Source: Camelus ferus | Taxonomy: Eukaryota | Reading direction: 5' to 3' | Assembly (NCBI RefSeq): GCF_009834535.1 | Contig: NC_045696.1 | Coordinates: 37,636,001-37,700,000, forward strand | DNA length: 64,000 nucleotides | Shown here: positions 1 through 12,758 of the stretch, in pieces | Numbering within the stretch: position 1 is the stretch's first letter | Layout of the letters: every line of letters starts with the position of its first letter | Translations under genes and position numbers: made by a program | The notes under the pieces: generated by a model | Told to the model about the DNA's origin: nothing | Seen by the model: the letters and a program-made list of their open reading frames with translations, nothing else | Databases searched by the model: none

Positions 1-546
1 AGTCTACGTGGAGTTACTCAAAATTTGTGAGTCTCAATATGTGATATATAAATAAAATTTTATAACAATTATTATTTCAATTCTAATTGAGAAGTATTAT
101 AAATATGGGCAAAATATAACTCTCATCTTTGAGAAAAATTCATTATTCCTTTCAATCAAACCTCTTTAAAAATATTTATCAAGAAAATAATAAATACATA
201 TAACACTTCAAGGTTAAGATGTGCTTATTTGGCATAAAGTTTGAAAGTTCATTTAAAATCAAAACAGTATTATAAAATTAAAATGTAGTAATTTCTAAAG
301 ATTAACATTTTTAAAATGTTACTATTGGTATTTGATGATACTTTGTAAGTAAAGTTCAAATGAGGTTATTAATTTAATACCACAATGTGAAAACACACAA
401 ACTCCCACTGACGTATCTAATTACTTTTACTTCTATAGATTTTTATTATATTGCATATATAAGTAAGAAATTGGACAATGAGATATGTCTTCACTGTAAT
501 TTAGAAAGTTTTAAAAGTATGTAACAACCTTTTCCTATTTTCAAGA

Positions 547-582
547 TGTATTACAAACTGTATTACAAACTGTATTATACAA
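547..582. repeat. Short tandem repeat, 12-bp unit TGTATTACAAAC (two full copies plus a degenerate third)
   Basis: tgtattacaaac at 547-558 and 559-570, then tgtattatacaa. Confidence 0.9.
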
Positions 583-629
583 ATCAAATTATACCTGTTC
601 CTAAATTTACTGTCAAGACTGGAACTTAC

Positions 630-810
630 ATAATGGTATCATGGTTAAAGTTTGATCTCCAAAATCCTGAGTTTATCACTTACTAGATGTTACTTGATGT
701 TTCTACTGACTTTATCATTTATTAAATATCATAATAAGCATACTACCTTATGAAGCACCATGTAGAATACTGAAATACAAGTACCTAATTATAATACTGA
801 ATGTTAGGTG
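630..810 (+). mobile_element. MIR SINE, highly diverged
   Basis: MIR-like order of motifs: atggttaaag...cacttactagatgttacttg...ataataagcatactacctta...tgaatgttag. Confidence 0.5.
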
Positions 811-1399
811 GTTTCTGAGCAGAGGTGAAGAGACAAAGACTGATAGTGATGATATTGGTGGTAGTGGAGGAAACCCAAATGAAAGTTGTGAGATAAAGTT
901 TGAAGAATGGACTGATAGATCCAATGGATAATGTGTATAAAGGGGTATGTTAAACTGTGCCTGTGTGTGTAAGTGCACTGGAATTTTCCTATATATATAT
1001 ACATGCATAACTGCTCTCTGAAAGAGGCAATAATTAATTATCAAGAAATGCTGTTCAACTCTTGTAAGTATCTTGCCTGCAGCTTTAATAATCTCAGCTG
1101 ATCTTTCTTCAAACTAGGTCCCTTTTTCCTAAAATCCATATAATTCACATACCTACATTTTTACCATTATTTTAGAGATAAATTTAGACAGTTATTTTTA
1201 GAAGAAAAGTTATGGTTAATAAAATCACATATATATTCCACTGTAATTCAATGGACGGATGTGTGTGCCAAAGTAAGTAATGTTAAACTGCACGAATATA
1301 ATTACAGTAAAGAACTATGATGCCTAGGTTGAGAAAGTTGACAGTCTTTCAGTACTGGATGTTTCATTACCTGCTGATCCCGTATCTGTTACTGAGCAT

Positions 1400-1890
1400 T
1401 ACCTCAACTATATCCCTTCTGCCAATGTGAGTCTGTGCCTACCTCCACCCCACTAGGTTTCAGCTCATTGGACCAGATTTTCTCTCTCCTGGGAGTCTGG
1501 AAATGGAACACTATGATAAACAACTAGTTTATCTATAAAAAGGCAAAGCAGTATGTTCACATGGACTCAGGTACAAAAGTACCATTTGGAAACACATGAT
1601 CAGTGAGTAGCCAAAAGAAAGAATTAAGTGGAAAAAAAGACGAAAAGAGCTGATGATCTGAAGTGGGATAAGAATAAAAACATAAGAACAAAACAAAAGA
1701 AATAAAAAGACCATGAATCCAAAATTTGATGGTATTGCAGTACCACTATTTCCAGCTCTGGTGACCACAAGACCTTGATAACCAATTTATCCCCTTAGTG
1801 GTGACTGACTATTAGATTACCTGTTGTCTTGAAATATATCCCTGTTTACTTGAGCTACTTGAGGGCATTTTTATTCTTTGTCAATATATT
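1400..1890 (+). mobile_element. Ancient ERVL/MaLR-type LTR remnant (LTR33/MLT1-like)
   Basis: ccagattttctctctcctgggagtctggaa near the start, and a typical 3' end tccctgtttacttgagctacttgagggcattttt...ctttgtcaa. Confidence 0.5.
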
Positions 1891-3067
1891 ATATTTGAGT
1901 AAAGTTCTTTTTTTACTTGCTCTAAATTGTACTGATCAAGCTACTCCTGGAGCGTGATCCATTTTTTGACAACAGAGATAACAATCCTATAGGAAAAGGA
2001 AGATATTCAGGAAAAAAAAAACTGATTGAACAGAATCACATCTGTTTTTTTGTGGTATATGGTGTTTAGTCCAGATTCTGAAGGTTCATGGGCAACTCTT
2101 GGCAAATAATTGCAAGATTATCATGTGAAAGAGGGAAATCAAGAAATACATGTAATTATTACTATTTGGAATCATCTCAGATATGTTTATGAAAATAAGT
2201 TGAAAATTTGAACAGTACAAAAAAAGAAGGAATGAACTGTCTGGGAAGATGATATGATTCCTCTCAGTAGCTAGCTGTCTTTGAGAACAAAGAACCACTC
2301 AGAAGAGGATTTAGAGGTTACTAAAATAACAGATGAATGACTCAGTTTTTTCCAACTACTAGATATTACTATCCAATTATTTCTCTTTAGTTATCAATTA
2401 CAGAATTTCTTTTGGAATCCAATATTCTACAAAACACTTATTATATTAACACATAATAGTGATTTTTTTATAAAACATTAACATATTCAAGGGTATAAAA
2501 CATTTAAATTTTAATTGCATATTACATAGGAAAGACTGGTAGCACATCAATAAATAAGAAATACAAACATACACAAACACATACTTCTCTCAGACACGTC
2601 TGTCTGTGACACAGATGCATCACACATGCACACTGCAAAAATACACGTTTCTAGGGCAAAATGCTGAACCCAAATGATATGTTTTCAAATGTAAATTTAA
2701 AGTACATTGTCTTTCTAAATGATAGTTTATTTTAAAACTTACTGCACTCTACAGGAAGATCCTAAATTAAAAGTCTACTGAATTTAATTTGGTAGAAGAA
2801 GTAACTAAAGCAAAGAAATGAAGTTTGCTTGAAATATGCAATTATAAATTTTTCTATTTGTATTAAATTGTTTTTCTAAACCAGATTTACTTGTAAGTCC
2901 AAGTTTTATCATGACATTGTAAATAAGTTTGGTTTTTGACCTGGCATTAGGTTGGAATTTTTTTTATATATAATTAAATATTTTTAGACATGTTGACTCA
3001 ACTTTGAACTGTAATAACTCATTTTGGAGCTAACATACTTAAGCAGTTTTCAGTACTCTTTTCTAAC

Positions 3068-3795
3068 CTGCTGACTGAAAATCAAATGTTGAATATTCTT
3101 CAATGGACTGTTTGTTTAAATGGCAAACAAATAATCTTTAAAATGTTCTCCATTGTGGCTCCATCCTCTATTTCAAGATCTATAGAACTCAATTTTTTAA
3201 TTTAAATTCACACTGAAGAATCAAACTCAAAATTAAATATATCACATCCTGAAGATAATATCCTCCAAAATGCACAGATTTGTTTGAAGAAGAAATTCTG
3301 GAAAAATTTGAGGAATCTTCTCTGAGAATTTCTGAGTTTAGCAGCAGGTTTCAAGTTGTTCCTTTGACAGAATATGCATTTATGGTATCTTCCAGGTGCA
3401 CTGGGTTAAATTATGACTTTGCCTACTCCCAAATCAAGTTAGGGTTCTTAACATCTTCCCTACTCATAAAAGAGGTTTCAAGTACAGTGCAAACAAATTT
3501 CTCCTTGCCATAAATTGTCCCACTACTGTTTCTACACACATCTCCACATCTCTACTTATTACAGAAACTCAAAACTTTTTTCTGAACACCACCTTCTGCC
3601 TTTTAATGCAAACCCAAATGAGGATTCTTTGGTTTTTATTCACATGTTTCATAGTAGTTTTGTACATGTTGGCCTAAAGATTTTGATTGGACCCTTTTGA
3701 TGGGATTTGGCTAGTGTTTAATCCGAGGAAAGCTTAATTTCATTATCCTGAATCCAAAGGGCACCTCATCTCTCTAAAAAACCAAGCCAGATCAC
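3068..3795 (-). pseudogene. Candidate large degraded internal exon (728 nt)
   Basis: Acceptor tttgctttccag|, donor CAG|gttaga. One frame reads ...KRVQSKSLGQHVQNYYETCE*KPKNPHLGLH*KAEGGVQKKVLSFCNK*RCGDVCRNSSGTIYGKEKFVCTVLETSFMSREDVKNPNLIWE*AKS*FNPVHLEDTINAYSVKGTT*NLLLNSEILREDSSNFSRISSS... Confidence 0.35.
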
Positions 3796-5456
3796 CTGGA
3801 AAGCAAAGCTTTAATTCAGCATTTTTTCAGATTAGTTTAGACTGGTTATCATGACAGGTGAATCTGCAGTTAGGGATTCTGCAAATGGATGTGTTTATGA
3901 AAGATTCAATATGATGGCAAATAAACAGATTAATATTAGTGAAGTCAAATATAGGAGAATGCTATTACTCTTACTGTTAAGAATCATCATGGAAAAAAAC
4001 AACAGTTACTACTTTCAATTTCAGAAGTTCTAAATAAAAATTGTAAATCTATAGAAAATTGATGTTACAATTTGAAGTATAAATAATGCTTTTGTTTAAA
4101 CATATTTAAAAACCCTTATGAGGGAATGATTTAAGTGAGACTTGAAGGTCAGAGCATTTGATAGCCAGACTAGATAAATCTTTATATCCTAGGGCTACTC
4201 AAAGACTAATGGACAAGAGCAGTCCTAAACTGTTCATTACTAGGCTGAAGAAGATAGATACAGATTAAAAGTTTCATGGTATTTGGACAGATCAATTTTA
4301 TGTTTGTTGAATTTAAAATTAAAAAAATATTGGACTGTAAAAAATTTATAATACAGTATTGACTGAAAAAAGGTTTTATGTCTTCAGGAACAAAGTGAAT
4401 AATTATGTAACTGCTATATCAATCTCTCAATTAAATTTTTCACATTAATTTGTTTATAAAACCCTTTTAACATTTGTATAATAATAGCTGTGTTAATCTA
4501 CAAAAATAGAATAATAGAAAACTACTCGATTATACCTTTGAAAATGCAGGAAATCAAGTGCAGTTAGTTGTCTATAAATTTTTAAACTTTTTGGGTTATA
4601 TTGAGTTGTTAAATCTAAACCACGTACACAAACATATTATTAAAATAGAAAACACATTTCCTGGCATTGCAGGTATTATTTGATAAGATTATTTTGAAAA
4701 ACCAAACTTGAACTTGAACTATGCATGAACTCTATGGTTAGCATTTTACTTAGAACATTTAAAGAAGAAAACAGTTCAGTATATATGTATATATATATAC
4801 ACACATACATATATATTTATGTATATCAAGAAAGTAACATAAACTAAATGTAAATTCCACTGAGGCCGTATCAATAATAAATAACACTATAAAGCAGCTA
4901 ATGTGAAATTTCACAAGCATTTCTGTTTTCCAAAAGCAATGCCAGAATATAACATAAAACATCACAACATAATGATTTCATTCAAACTTACTCATCTAGC
5001 AGCACTAGCTGAGAGAAATGTAAATGGAAATGTTAACATACTATTTTGAAATATGAATATTACTTGGAAATATGCTTTTGATCTTAACTCAATGTCAGAA
5101 AAAAGCCTTCATTTCAGAAAAATGAAAGTCTAATAGAATATTAATTAACAAATAATTTAATTTTAGTAAATGTACTTAGTAAAATATCATATACTTTCAG
5201 CTAATATATATGTAACTGTATACATGCATATATGCATAATCTTTTTTCATTTTCAGGTATGCAAGATTTATCATAAAGGCAAAAAAAATAGTAAAATTAT
5301 ATAAATTCATGGTCAAATGTGTACAACTAAATTATCACATTACCAGATGGTGATAGTTGAGTGCAAGTCAAAATATTTATGACTATGATTCTTTCAAAGA
5401 CCCAAATTCCTTCTAAGTTCAGGAAGTTTCCAGACTCAGGAATCATATTGGCAGAT

Positions 5457-5537
5457 AGAGAGAAAAAGAAAGAGAGAGAGAGAGAGGGAGAGAGAGAGGG
5501 AGAGACAGACAGAGAGATACAGAGAAAGTGAGAGAGA
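5457..5537. repeat. (GA)n-rich microsatellite
   Basis: agagagagagagagggagagagagggagagacagac... Confidence 0.9.
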
Positions 5538-5739
5538 ATACTAATACTTTCTGATTATTTTTTATTTCTGTCCTACAATTAGTATTTCTCTAGCTGTTTA
5601 TTTTAAATTATTAACTCTTATGCTCAAACTGCATTAATGTGGTGACTGTAAAATGCAGTATTTGTCAAGAAAAAAAGCATAGGCAAAGCAGTCATCAATG
5701 TTAAAAATGTGCACTTTAAACAAATGAGAAATACTATAA

Positions 5740-6400
5740 AGTCAAAAGTATAGACTGAAAATACAATGATGGAAAAAGATACACTGGAGAAACAAAAAGC
5801 CTACAAAGACTGGAGTGGCTATATTAATATCAAATAAATAAGCTTCAAGACAGAGAATATTACCATAGATAAATGGAGTATTTCATAATGATCAAAGTGT
5901 TAATTTGTCAGGAAGGCCAGCTATCATTAACACATATGCACCTAGCAATAGAGTTTCATGAGCCACAAATTAAAAGTATTTAAGGAGAAATGGGCAAATT
6001 TACAACCACAGAAATTTTGGCAATTTTCTCTCTCAGCAAGCAAAAAAAGGAGGAGACTAAAATATAAAAGATATGAACAACTCTCTCAACCACTTTGATC
6101 TAATTTACATTTATAGGACACTACACCCAGTACTTGTAGAATCCACACTTTTCAAAGTGTGTTCATTGTTCATTCACCAAGATAGACTTTACCTTGGGCC
6201 ATAAAACAAATGTGACAAGTTTGAAATACTCTACTACCATCAGGAATTAAACTAGGAAACAAAATACGTAGATGTTTAGAAAATCCCAAATATCTGAAAT
6301 TAAACAATCTATTTCTAAATAAGTCACAAAATAAATTAAGATTAAAAAAAGAAAAAGGAAATTAGAAAATATTTGGAAAAATAATGAAAATATATCACAT
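5740..6400 (+). mobile_element. Old L1 (L1M) ORF2 endonuclease-region fragment
   Basis: gatggaaaaagatacac...tggagtggctatattaatatcaaataaa...cattcaccaagatagac...ttgggccataaaacaaa...gaaattaaacaat...ttctaaataa match the L1 ORF2 5' region. Confidence 0.85.
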
Positions 6401-6634
6401 ACATGGGGAAGACAAAGCTTGTATTTGAGTTGAACACTGTGTGTCCCATAATAGTATCTTCTTATTAGTTTAAATGCCAGGGCCTCAAACTTTTAGTCTT
6501 TATTTTCCTACGTACAAAAATAGATAAATCCAGAAGAAAACTGAATTCTTTTTTATTTTCTAGTGGAATTTAAGGGAGATAATGATACAAGTTAAGCTGG
6601 ACCTTGTTGTCATGGTGTAAGGAAGTCAGGCTCT

Positions 6635-6900
6635 ATGTCAGAATCATCTTTTCAGTAATGAACCACCCCAAAATCTTGGTGGCTAACAGTGACAGACATC
6701 ACTTACTTGCTTGTCAGTTGCTGGCTACTTTGTTCCTCAGGTTTTCTTATACTGGGGTCCCAGATGCAATGAGAAGCTCTTTTTGGGGACATGCAGCTCT
6801 TGTGGTAGAAGGAAAACAGCAGGATCTGCCCAAAATACAATGTCTCTTGGGGTTTGCAGGCTATCGCTTGTGCTCTCACCCTTTGTCCTCCATTCCATCT
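6635..6900 (-). mobile_element. MaLR MLT1-like LTR fragment
   Basis: cagtaatgaaccaccccaaaatcttggtggctaacag...ctggggtcccag...gggacatgcagctcttgtgg resemble reverse-oriented MLT1. Confidence 0.5.
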
Positions 6901-8044
6901 TACCACTCATGAGAGGATGTCCAATTTGAGTCTTGGTGAAAGTGGTGTTTTAACAGGTTAAAGTTAAGAGGATATTTGAATATTCACTGCAGCTGGCAAA
7001 TATTTATTTTCAGTATTGGGTCATTCATCAAGATCCTTCACGTATCAAAGCTTCTGTGTGAAACTTTGATACAATTACAGTAAAATTACAGCAGTTAAAA
7101 TATAAGACTGTTTTGTGCATTCAATAGAAGAATGTAATTACGTGTGAACATTTTGCCAACTGTACTTCCATTACTGGGAAACTGGTAATGTGTGATGCTA
7201 TGATAACAAATGAGCTAGAAATCAGTCTTACAATTATCAAAACTTGAAAGCAAGCTTTATAACATGTAGATGCTGCAGCAATATGCTTTTGATGTGTAAT
7301 TTTGGTTTGGGAAAAATACAAGGACAAAACAAGCTGTGTAAACAAATGTCTGTATTATGAAAATGGCTTTCAAACTACACCACTGCCAGATATTCAGTGC
7401 CCTTTTCCTGTCTTCCAATAGGTGAAATCAATCTGAAATCCTAATCTCTCTGTGGATGTAGTAGTCTTTTCTTTAGCTTAACCTCTTCTTATCTTGATCT
7501 CAGTCTTTCATTACTGTTCTGGAACTGCTGACAAGATAAATGCTGAATTTGTCTTTAAAAAAATAAAAACACTCCAGCAAATTGAAACAGAGCTTCCACG
7601 TCCTTTCTGATACAGGAGTCACCATGATCTTAAAAAAATTTTGGTCCACATCAAGGAATAGTCAAGTTTTCTACCTGATAATAACTTATTTTTACCCACA
7701 ACTCAATTAATACAATTCCTATGACTATTAGTCCAGTTTGTTACTATATGCCACTACGTTAGACACACATTAGAAGCTGAATATCTCCTTGCTCCATGGA
7801 ATTTACAATCCATTGAGAGTAAATAAACATGTAAAAATAATTATAATACAATATATTGATGCTCAAATTATGAGGCAATTGACACAATATAGTGGCAGAA
7901 AGGGAAAAAATATTTAACTCATGGATTATTTCATGAATATGCACCATCACTGTCCAGAAAACCTGGCTTACTATGAGGCAAGGCTCACATTCTTTTTGGT
8001 TAGAGTTAATTAAAAATATGAAACTATAAAATTCCAGTCTTAAA

Positions 8045-8185
8045 ATAGATCTTAAGGCATTCTCTAATTCAATGTATTTTCACAAAAGAAAAACATGAGG
8101 TCAAGATCACACAGTTATGACTAAGCCAGAATGAGAAACTAAGTTGCCTGATTCCCAGTAGATACCCACTTCTCTATCTCTATAT
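8045..8185 (-). mobile_element. MIR SINE fragment
   Basis: attttcacaaaagaaaaacatgaggtcaagatcacacag...agccagaatgagaaactaagttgcctgattcccag. Confidence 0.6.
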
Positions 8186-8261
8186 TGTTACTTCCTCCAT
8201 CGACACTATTTGGGTTTGGTTTTTTTTTTTGGCTTTTTTCAGTTTCCTTACTTCTGATAGT

Positions 8262-8708
8262 TGTGAAAACTAATAAAGGGAAGCCCTACTAAGATGGAGT
8301 CAGGAGGCCAGATGGGGAAGCTCTCACACGCATATCACAAGACATCAATATAGATCCCAACAGTAAGAGACATGATTTACATCTCCAGACATACATTGTA
8401 TCTCCAGTAGTGACACTATTTTACTACCACCAACTGCAGGAAGAAAAAAATTCTCGTCGCCTGACAACTCAGCCAATGAGAGACTGTCACGATTCAACAA
8501 ATGAAAGGCCACTATGCTTTGAACTCTCAGTTTTCTCCAGTGAACTTTTTGTTTTAACAAACATTCTCAGCTTCCTCTATTCCTCTATAAAAGAGTTACC
8601 GCTTTTGTTTTGTTATGCATGTGATTGGCATAGTTGCATGTCTCGAACTGCAATTCTTTGCTGCTCCTGAAATAAAAACAACTGGCTGTTTATTGTTTTA
8701 GGTTAACA
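8262..8708 (+). mobile_element. Solo ERV1-class LTR, 447 bp, full length
   Basis: TG...CA termini (tgtgaaaac...ggttaaca), perfect 4-bp TSD TAGT (8258-8261, 8709-8712), CCAAT (~8472), TATAAAA (~8586), AATAAA (8671-8676). Confidence 0.9.
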
Positions 8709-8740
8709 TAGTGATATAGGAACTATGTTATAGAGCTTAC

Positions 8741-8799
8741 ACATGTTAGATACAGACTTTTTCTGTTTTTCCAAGTTTTACCATCTTTGCTCAAATGTG
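8741..8799 (-). other. Candidate small exon (59 nt) of the minus-strand locus
   Basis: Acceptor tgttatcatattttag|, donor |gtaagc; open in one frame as HLSKDGKTWKNRKSLYLTC. Confidence 0.35.
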
Positions 8800-8913
8800 C
8801 TAAAATATGATAACACAATTAGGAATATTAACCTTTCAGTGTTTAAAAAAATAAATAACCAGATAAAAAGTTTTCTTTTTCCTAAAAAATCAAAAATTAT
8901 TCTCACAATTTAC

Positions 8914-9184
8914 AGAAGGATTCATTGTTTGATTGACAATTGAATTGCTAACAGTCCTCCTTAAAAGTGCATTTGGCACTTCATTTAATTTTTAATGACT
9001 TCAAATTGTTCTTTAATTGGTGAGGCTTTGAGCTGGCCAGTTCCAAATCTAACTTATGCTATGGAGTTCTTTCAGTTTTATTTAAACACCCTGGAGTAAA
9101 TAAGGAATACTGAGTTGAATACTTAACTGACTGTTCAATACGTGAAAGCTAATCTCAGTTAAAGAAATAACTGGATTGTCTTCT
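8914..9184 (-). other. Candidate degraded exon of the minus-strand locus
   Basis: Very long polypyrimidine tract tttttattttcacttcttctctttccatttttcctctttaag|; donor gtaaat (8913) or gtgaga (8906); frame RRQSSYFFN*D*LSRIEQSVKYSTQYSLFTPGCLNKTERTP*HKLDLELASSKPHQLKNNLKSLK... Confidence 0.35.
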
Positions 9185-9759
9185 CTTAAAGAGGAAAAAT
9201 GGAAAGAGAAGAAGTGAAAATAAAAATTACAGCAGTAACAGAAAATTACAGCATTGCATTTTGTGACAAGAAAATTAAATGGTTGATTAAAAAGAATAGC
9301 TCTACAAAATATCATGCTACATGTTTTTCAGTCTTATAGTGTAAAGTTAGAAACATTTCACTTGTATATGTATGCACCAGAATTTATTCTTAATATTTTT
9401 ATTAGGTTGTACATGTAATTTAAAAAATTACAGAGCACTTACAACCAGCACTGTGTAAGGTCTGTTTTAAAAGCATGTTCACTGTTTGTCATCATTGACC
9501 TAGTACAGAATAATGATACTTTGTTTATCAGCAGTTCTAAATTTATAATTTTCCATGAGCTACTCTTCCAGATGAAATAGGTGAATTTCTACCTCTTTTA
9601 ATCTCTATAAAATATCATATCTATAACGATCTCTGTAATTTTCTACAATATACTAGGATTACTATAATGTGTAGGGAAATATTCTCAAGTATTTACTGCT
9701 GTATTTTTCTTTACTACAATTTCTGGAACCAGCCCCTTCCTTTTCAATATTTTCTAGTA

Positions 9760-9925
9760 GAAATGGTATTGTTATTCTGGCTGGAATAACTTTTCTTGGT
9801 TCTGTGGTTCGCACTTCAGGGTTTTTAGAATTCTTTACCCTTACTCACTAAATGCCAATAGAATACCCAGACATTCTGACGATCAAAGCCACTTGCAAAT
9901 GCCCTTCAAGTTGAATTACTGTAGG
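9760..9925 (+). mobile_element. MER20-like hAT-Charlie DNA transposon
   Basis: ctggctggaataacttttcttgg...ttactcactaaatgccaatag...gcaaatgcccttc...ttgaattactg follows the MER20 layout. Confidence 0.6.
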
Positions 9926-11959
9926 TGTAGTTGTTCAGATCCTCCACATCACCTAGCCAGAGAAACAGAATTGTTTTATCCGAAAACCAAAGAGAAAGAA
10001 ACAGTGAGTATTCAGGGTTTTATTATCTTTTTAACATTAAATATAAGCTTTTGATAACAAAATGGAAATTGTAAAAGCTGAATTTCTGGTTTGCTAGGAA
10101 AAAAAACAATCCAAAAGGAAGCAGAATAGCTAGGAGATACTATTACAACAGGTTAAAAAGAAAGTAGAGGACAAGTAATCCATGCACCCAGCCCCCAGGG
10201 GATCAGAGTTATTGGGAGTAGGGAGAAGGGTGAATTAGTGTCCAAAGGAAGAACAGAGCCAGAGCGGCCCTTGGAGTGGAGGGAGTCTGCACTGACTAGC
10301 CTACTTGGCCCCAGGTCCCAGAGTAGCATGGCTCCTGAGTGATGCCAGTGATCCTCTGCTCCTCTAGGTGTATATATGTCCATGGCCTTTGCTGAGAAGA
10401 CACATGTGTTTTTCTTAATTCTGACTGGCATGAGACATCTGTCAACAGCTGCTTTTACAGCACACAAAGTTCTTTTAATCAATGCCCTGCCCACCTATGT
10501 CCCTAAAGCAGTTAAGGCCTGTGAACCATGTAGCAGCCACATTCTTACAACTTCCCACATAGTATGTCTAACATAGAGATCAAGGTTGTTAGCATCTGGA
10601 AGGGCCGTAGTCCTGTGACAAGCAATGCCTGTCACATGAAAGTGATGGACATGGTGAAACCCTTCAATTGTAAGTACACGATTAAGTCCCAGAGTCATTG
10701 AGTTTTGAGCTTTTGTGCAACTTAGAACAGCTTCCATAGAAGAACTTTAATTAATGACTATTAAATGGGTATATAATTAATGCATGATGTAATCATTGCA
10801 AATCACATTTAAAAAAGAAAATCTATGCCTTTTCAAATATGTGTATCTACCTATCTATCCAAAGAGAAGTACTTTTTTCTATTTTTCAACTTTATTTTTT
10901 TCTTTGTCACTGCTCCATATTCTGTTAAACTACCTACATTGATTATTTTTCTTATTAAGATAACCTCTAGTAAAAGAGAAAGAGGGAAAAACTTTTACTT
11001 TCATTATATATCTTAAAAAGAAGAAAGATTGTTAAAATCAATCTTTTTTCCCCTTTGATAGTTTTCCTGATCTCTTACATCTGATATTCAAGGACATAAA
11101 CACTTATTTGTACTCTCCAGGGTATATACTTATTTCAGTAACAGCAGTTGAGCCAAGGCTTTAGTTAATTTCAACAGAATTATGCAGTGTTAATTTTCTA
11201 AATCTATTAATACAGCAATGAAGGAAAAAATAAGGCTTTTATTGTAATATGTGATAGCCTCTCATTTATTCCATTCCCCAAATCCACATATTCATCAGGA
11301 TTTATCACTAGCAGTTTTAAATGCATCTAATTTAAAGATATGTTGACTGCCCATGACTTGACTGCACATTTGAACAAAGTATACCTAATCACCTGGCATT
11401 CATCTTTTTCTGCCCTGAACAATAACACTAACTCTCCCAGAGTCCCTTTACAGTTTGTGTCCCAGAGCTCCACCATAGTACAATTAGCCCCAAATCTAAC
11501 GTCACTGGAAGATGGATCCTGGACCCCAGTTCTCACCAAAGAGATTCTCTGGCTGTGAGAGTTGAAAGTTTGGCTGTGTTCCTGGGTGACAGGTTATTCC
11601 ATATGCAGATCATGGCCATGACACTCTTCTATAGAGGTAACTAGGAAGACCCCCTAGAGCCTCCTAGCACTCTAGGGTAAATTTTTGTATAAAATATTTA
11701 TCAATTATTACTCTGGATTATTTCCACTAGGGTAGTAGTTAATGTAAAATAAAAATTATTAACATTGATTCAACGGCAAATATATAACACATTTATATGT
11801 GTGGAAAAGTGAAAGTTTATATTTACTTTGCTTATAAAACAATGTTGACCTATGTCCCTGAAATTTTCTCCTTTGGTTTTCAGACACCTTTGTCTGCTCA
11901 AGTACGTTCTACATTGACTGAAGACCATTTTGCAGTCAATTTTATTTTAACTATTTATT

Positions 11960-12460
11960 TTCCTCTTGATGTTTAAATCTCTAGGATGCTGTCAATTCCC
12001 TTTATTTTCTTATCTAAATGTCTCATTTTTAGTAAATTTAAACTAATGGATTCAACAAATACTCTTGTAGATATTCAAATCTACAACTCCCAGTTTCTCC
12101 CTAAATTGTGGAAGAATATGTCTAATTAACCACATCCCTATTCTTAAAATCCCATCAGTAACCTAAATTCACTTTAGGCAAACTGAACCTCTCTCTTCAT
12201 TGAAAACTTACAATTCTTTCTTCAGTATTATCAGTGATAGGTATTTAAGCAAACCACAAGCCTATGCTTCAGCAACAAAACTGTATCATACCAAACCTGT
12301 GAGCCATGCAATGTTTAAGTTGTGTGAACATTGCACGTATTTTCACATTTAATTCATTCTACAGTGCTGTTTACTCTGCAAGAGTCAACATGCCTTGTTC
12401 AACATAGGATCCCCAGTGTGTCATACAATAAATGTCTCTTGTGTTTGTGGTATAGTGAAT
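11960..12460 (+). mobile_element. L2 LINE fragments including 3' tail
   Basis: caaatctacaactcccag...aaactgaacctctctcttc...ctctgcaagagtcaacatgccttgttcaacataggatccccagtg...caataaatgt. Confidence 0.5.
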
Positions 12461-12758
12461 GGAAGTCATTATATTTATTTCTTTACTTTTTTTTTTTTTT
12501 TTTTTGGTGGAGAGGGTTCATCATAGATTCATTCTATGGTGTCCCCATACAAATTCATGGTTATTGAAAAATATAAAAATCAACTTGCTTTAAAATGAAG
12601 AAAAAACAATTCTAAAGGAATTAGCAAAGAGACATGGAATAAAGAATCACTTCCTAATGAAGATATATATTACGTGCAAAGTTACATAAGCAGTTTTTCA
12701 CTTTTATCTATTAAGGCAGCTCACAAGATGTCTGCACTTTTTTTTTAAAAAAACTATT

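Noticed and set aside
2891..2940. Extra minus-strand mini-exon
   Set aside because: Acceptor lacks a polypyrimidine tract and the donor (gtaaat) is weak
9925..10009. Plus-strand exon-like segment ending ACA|gtgagt (CSCSDPPHHLARETELFYPKTKEKET)
   Set aside because: Weak acceptor at a MER20 boundary and no supporting plus-strand partner exons or promoter
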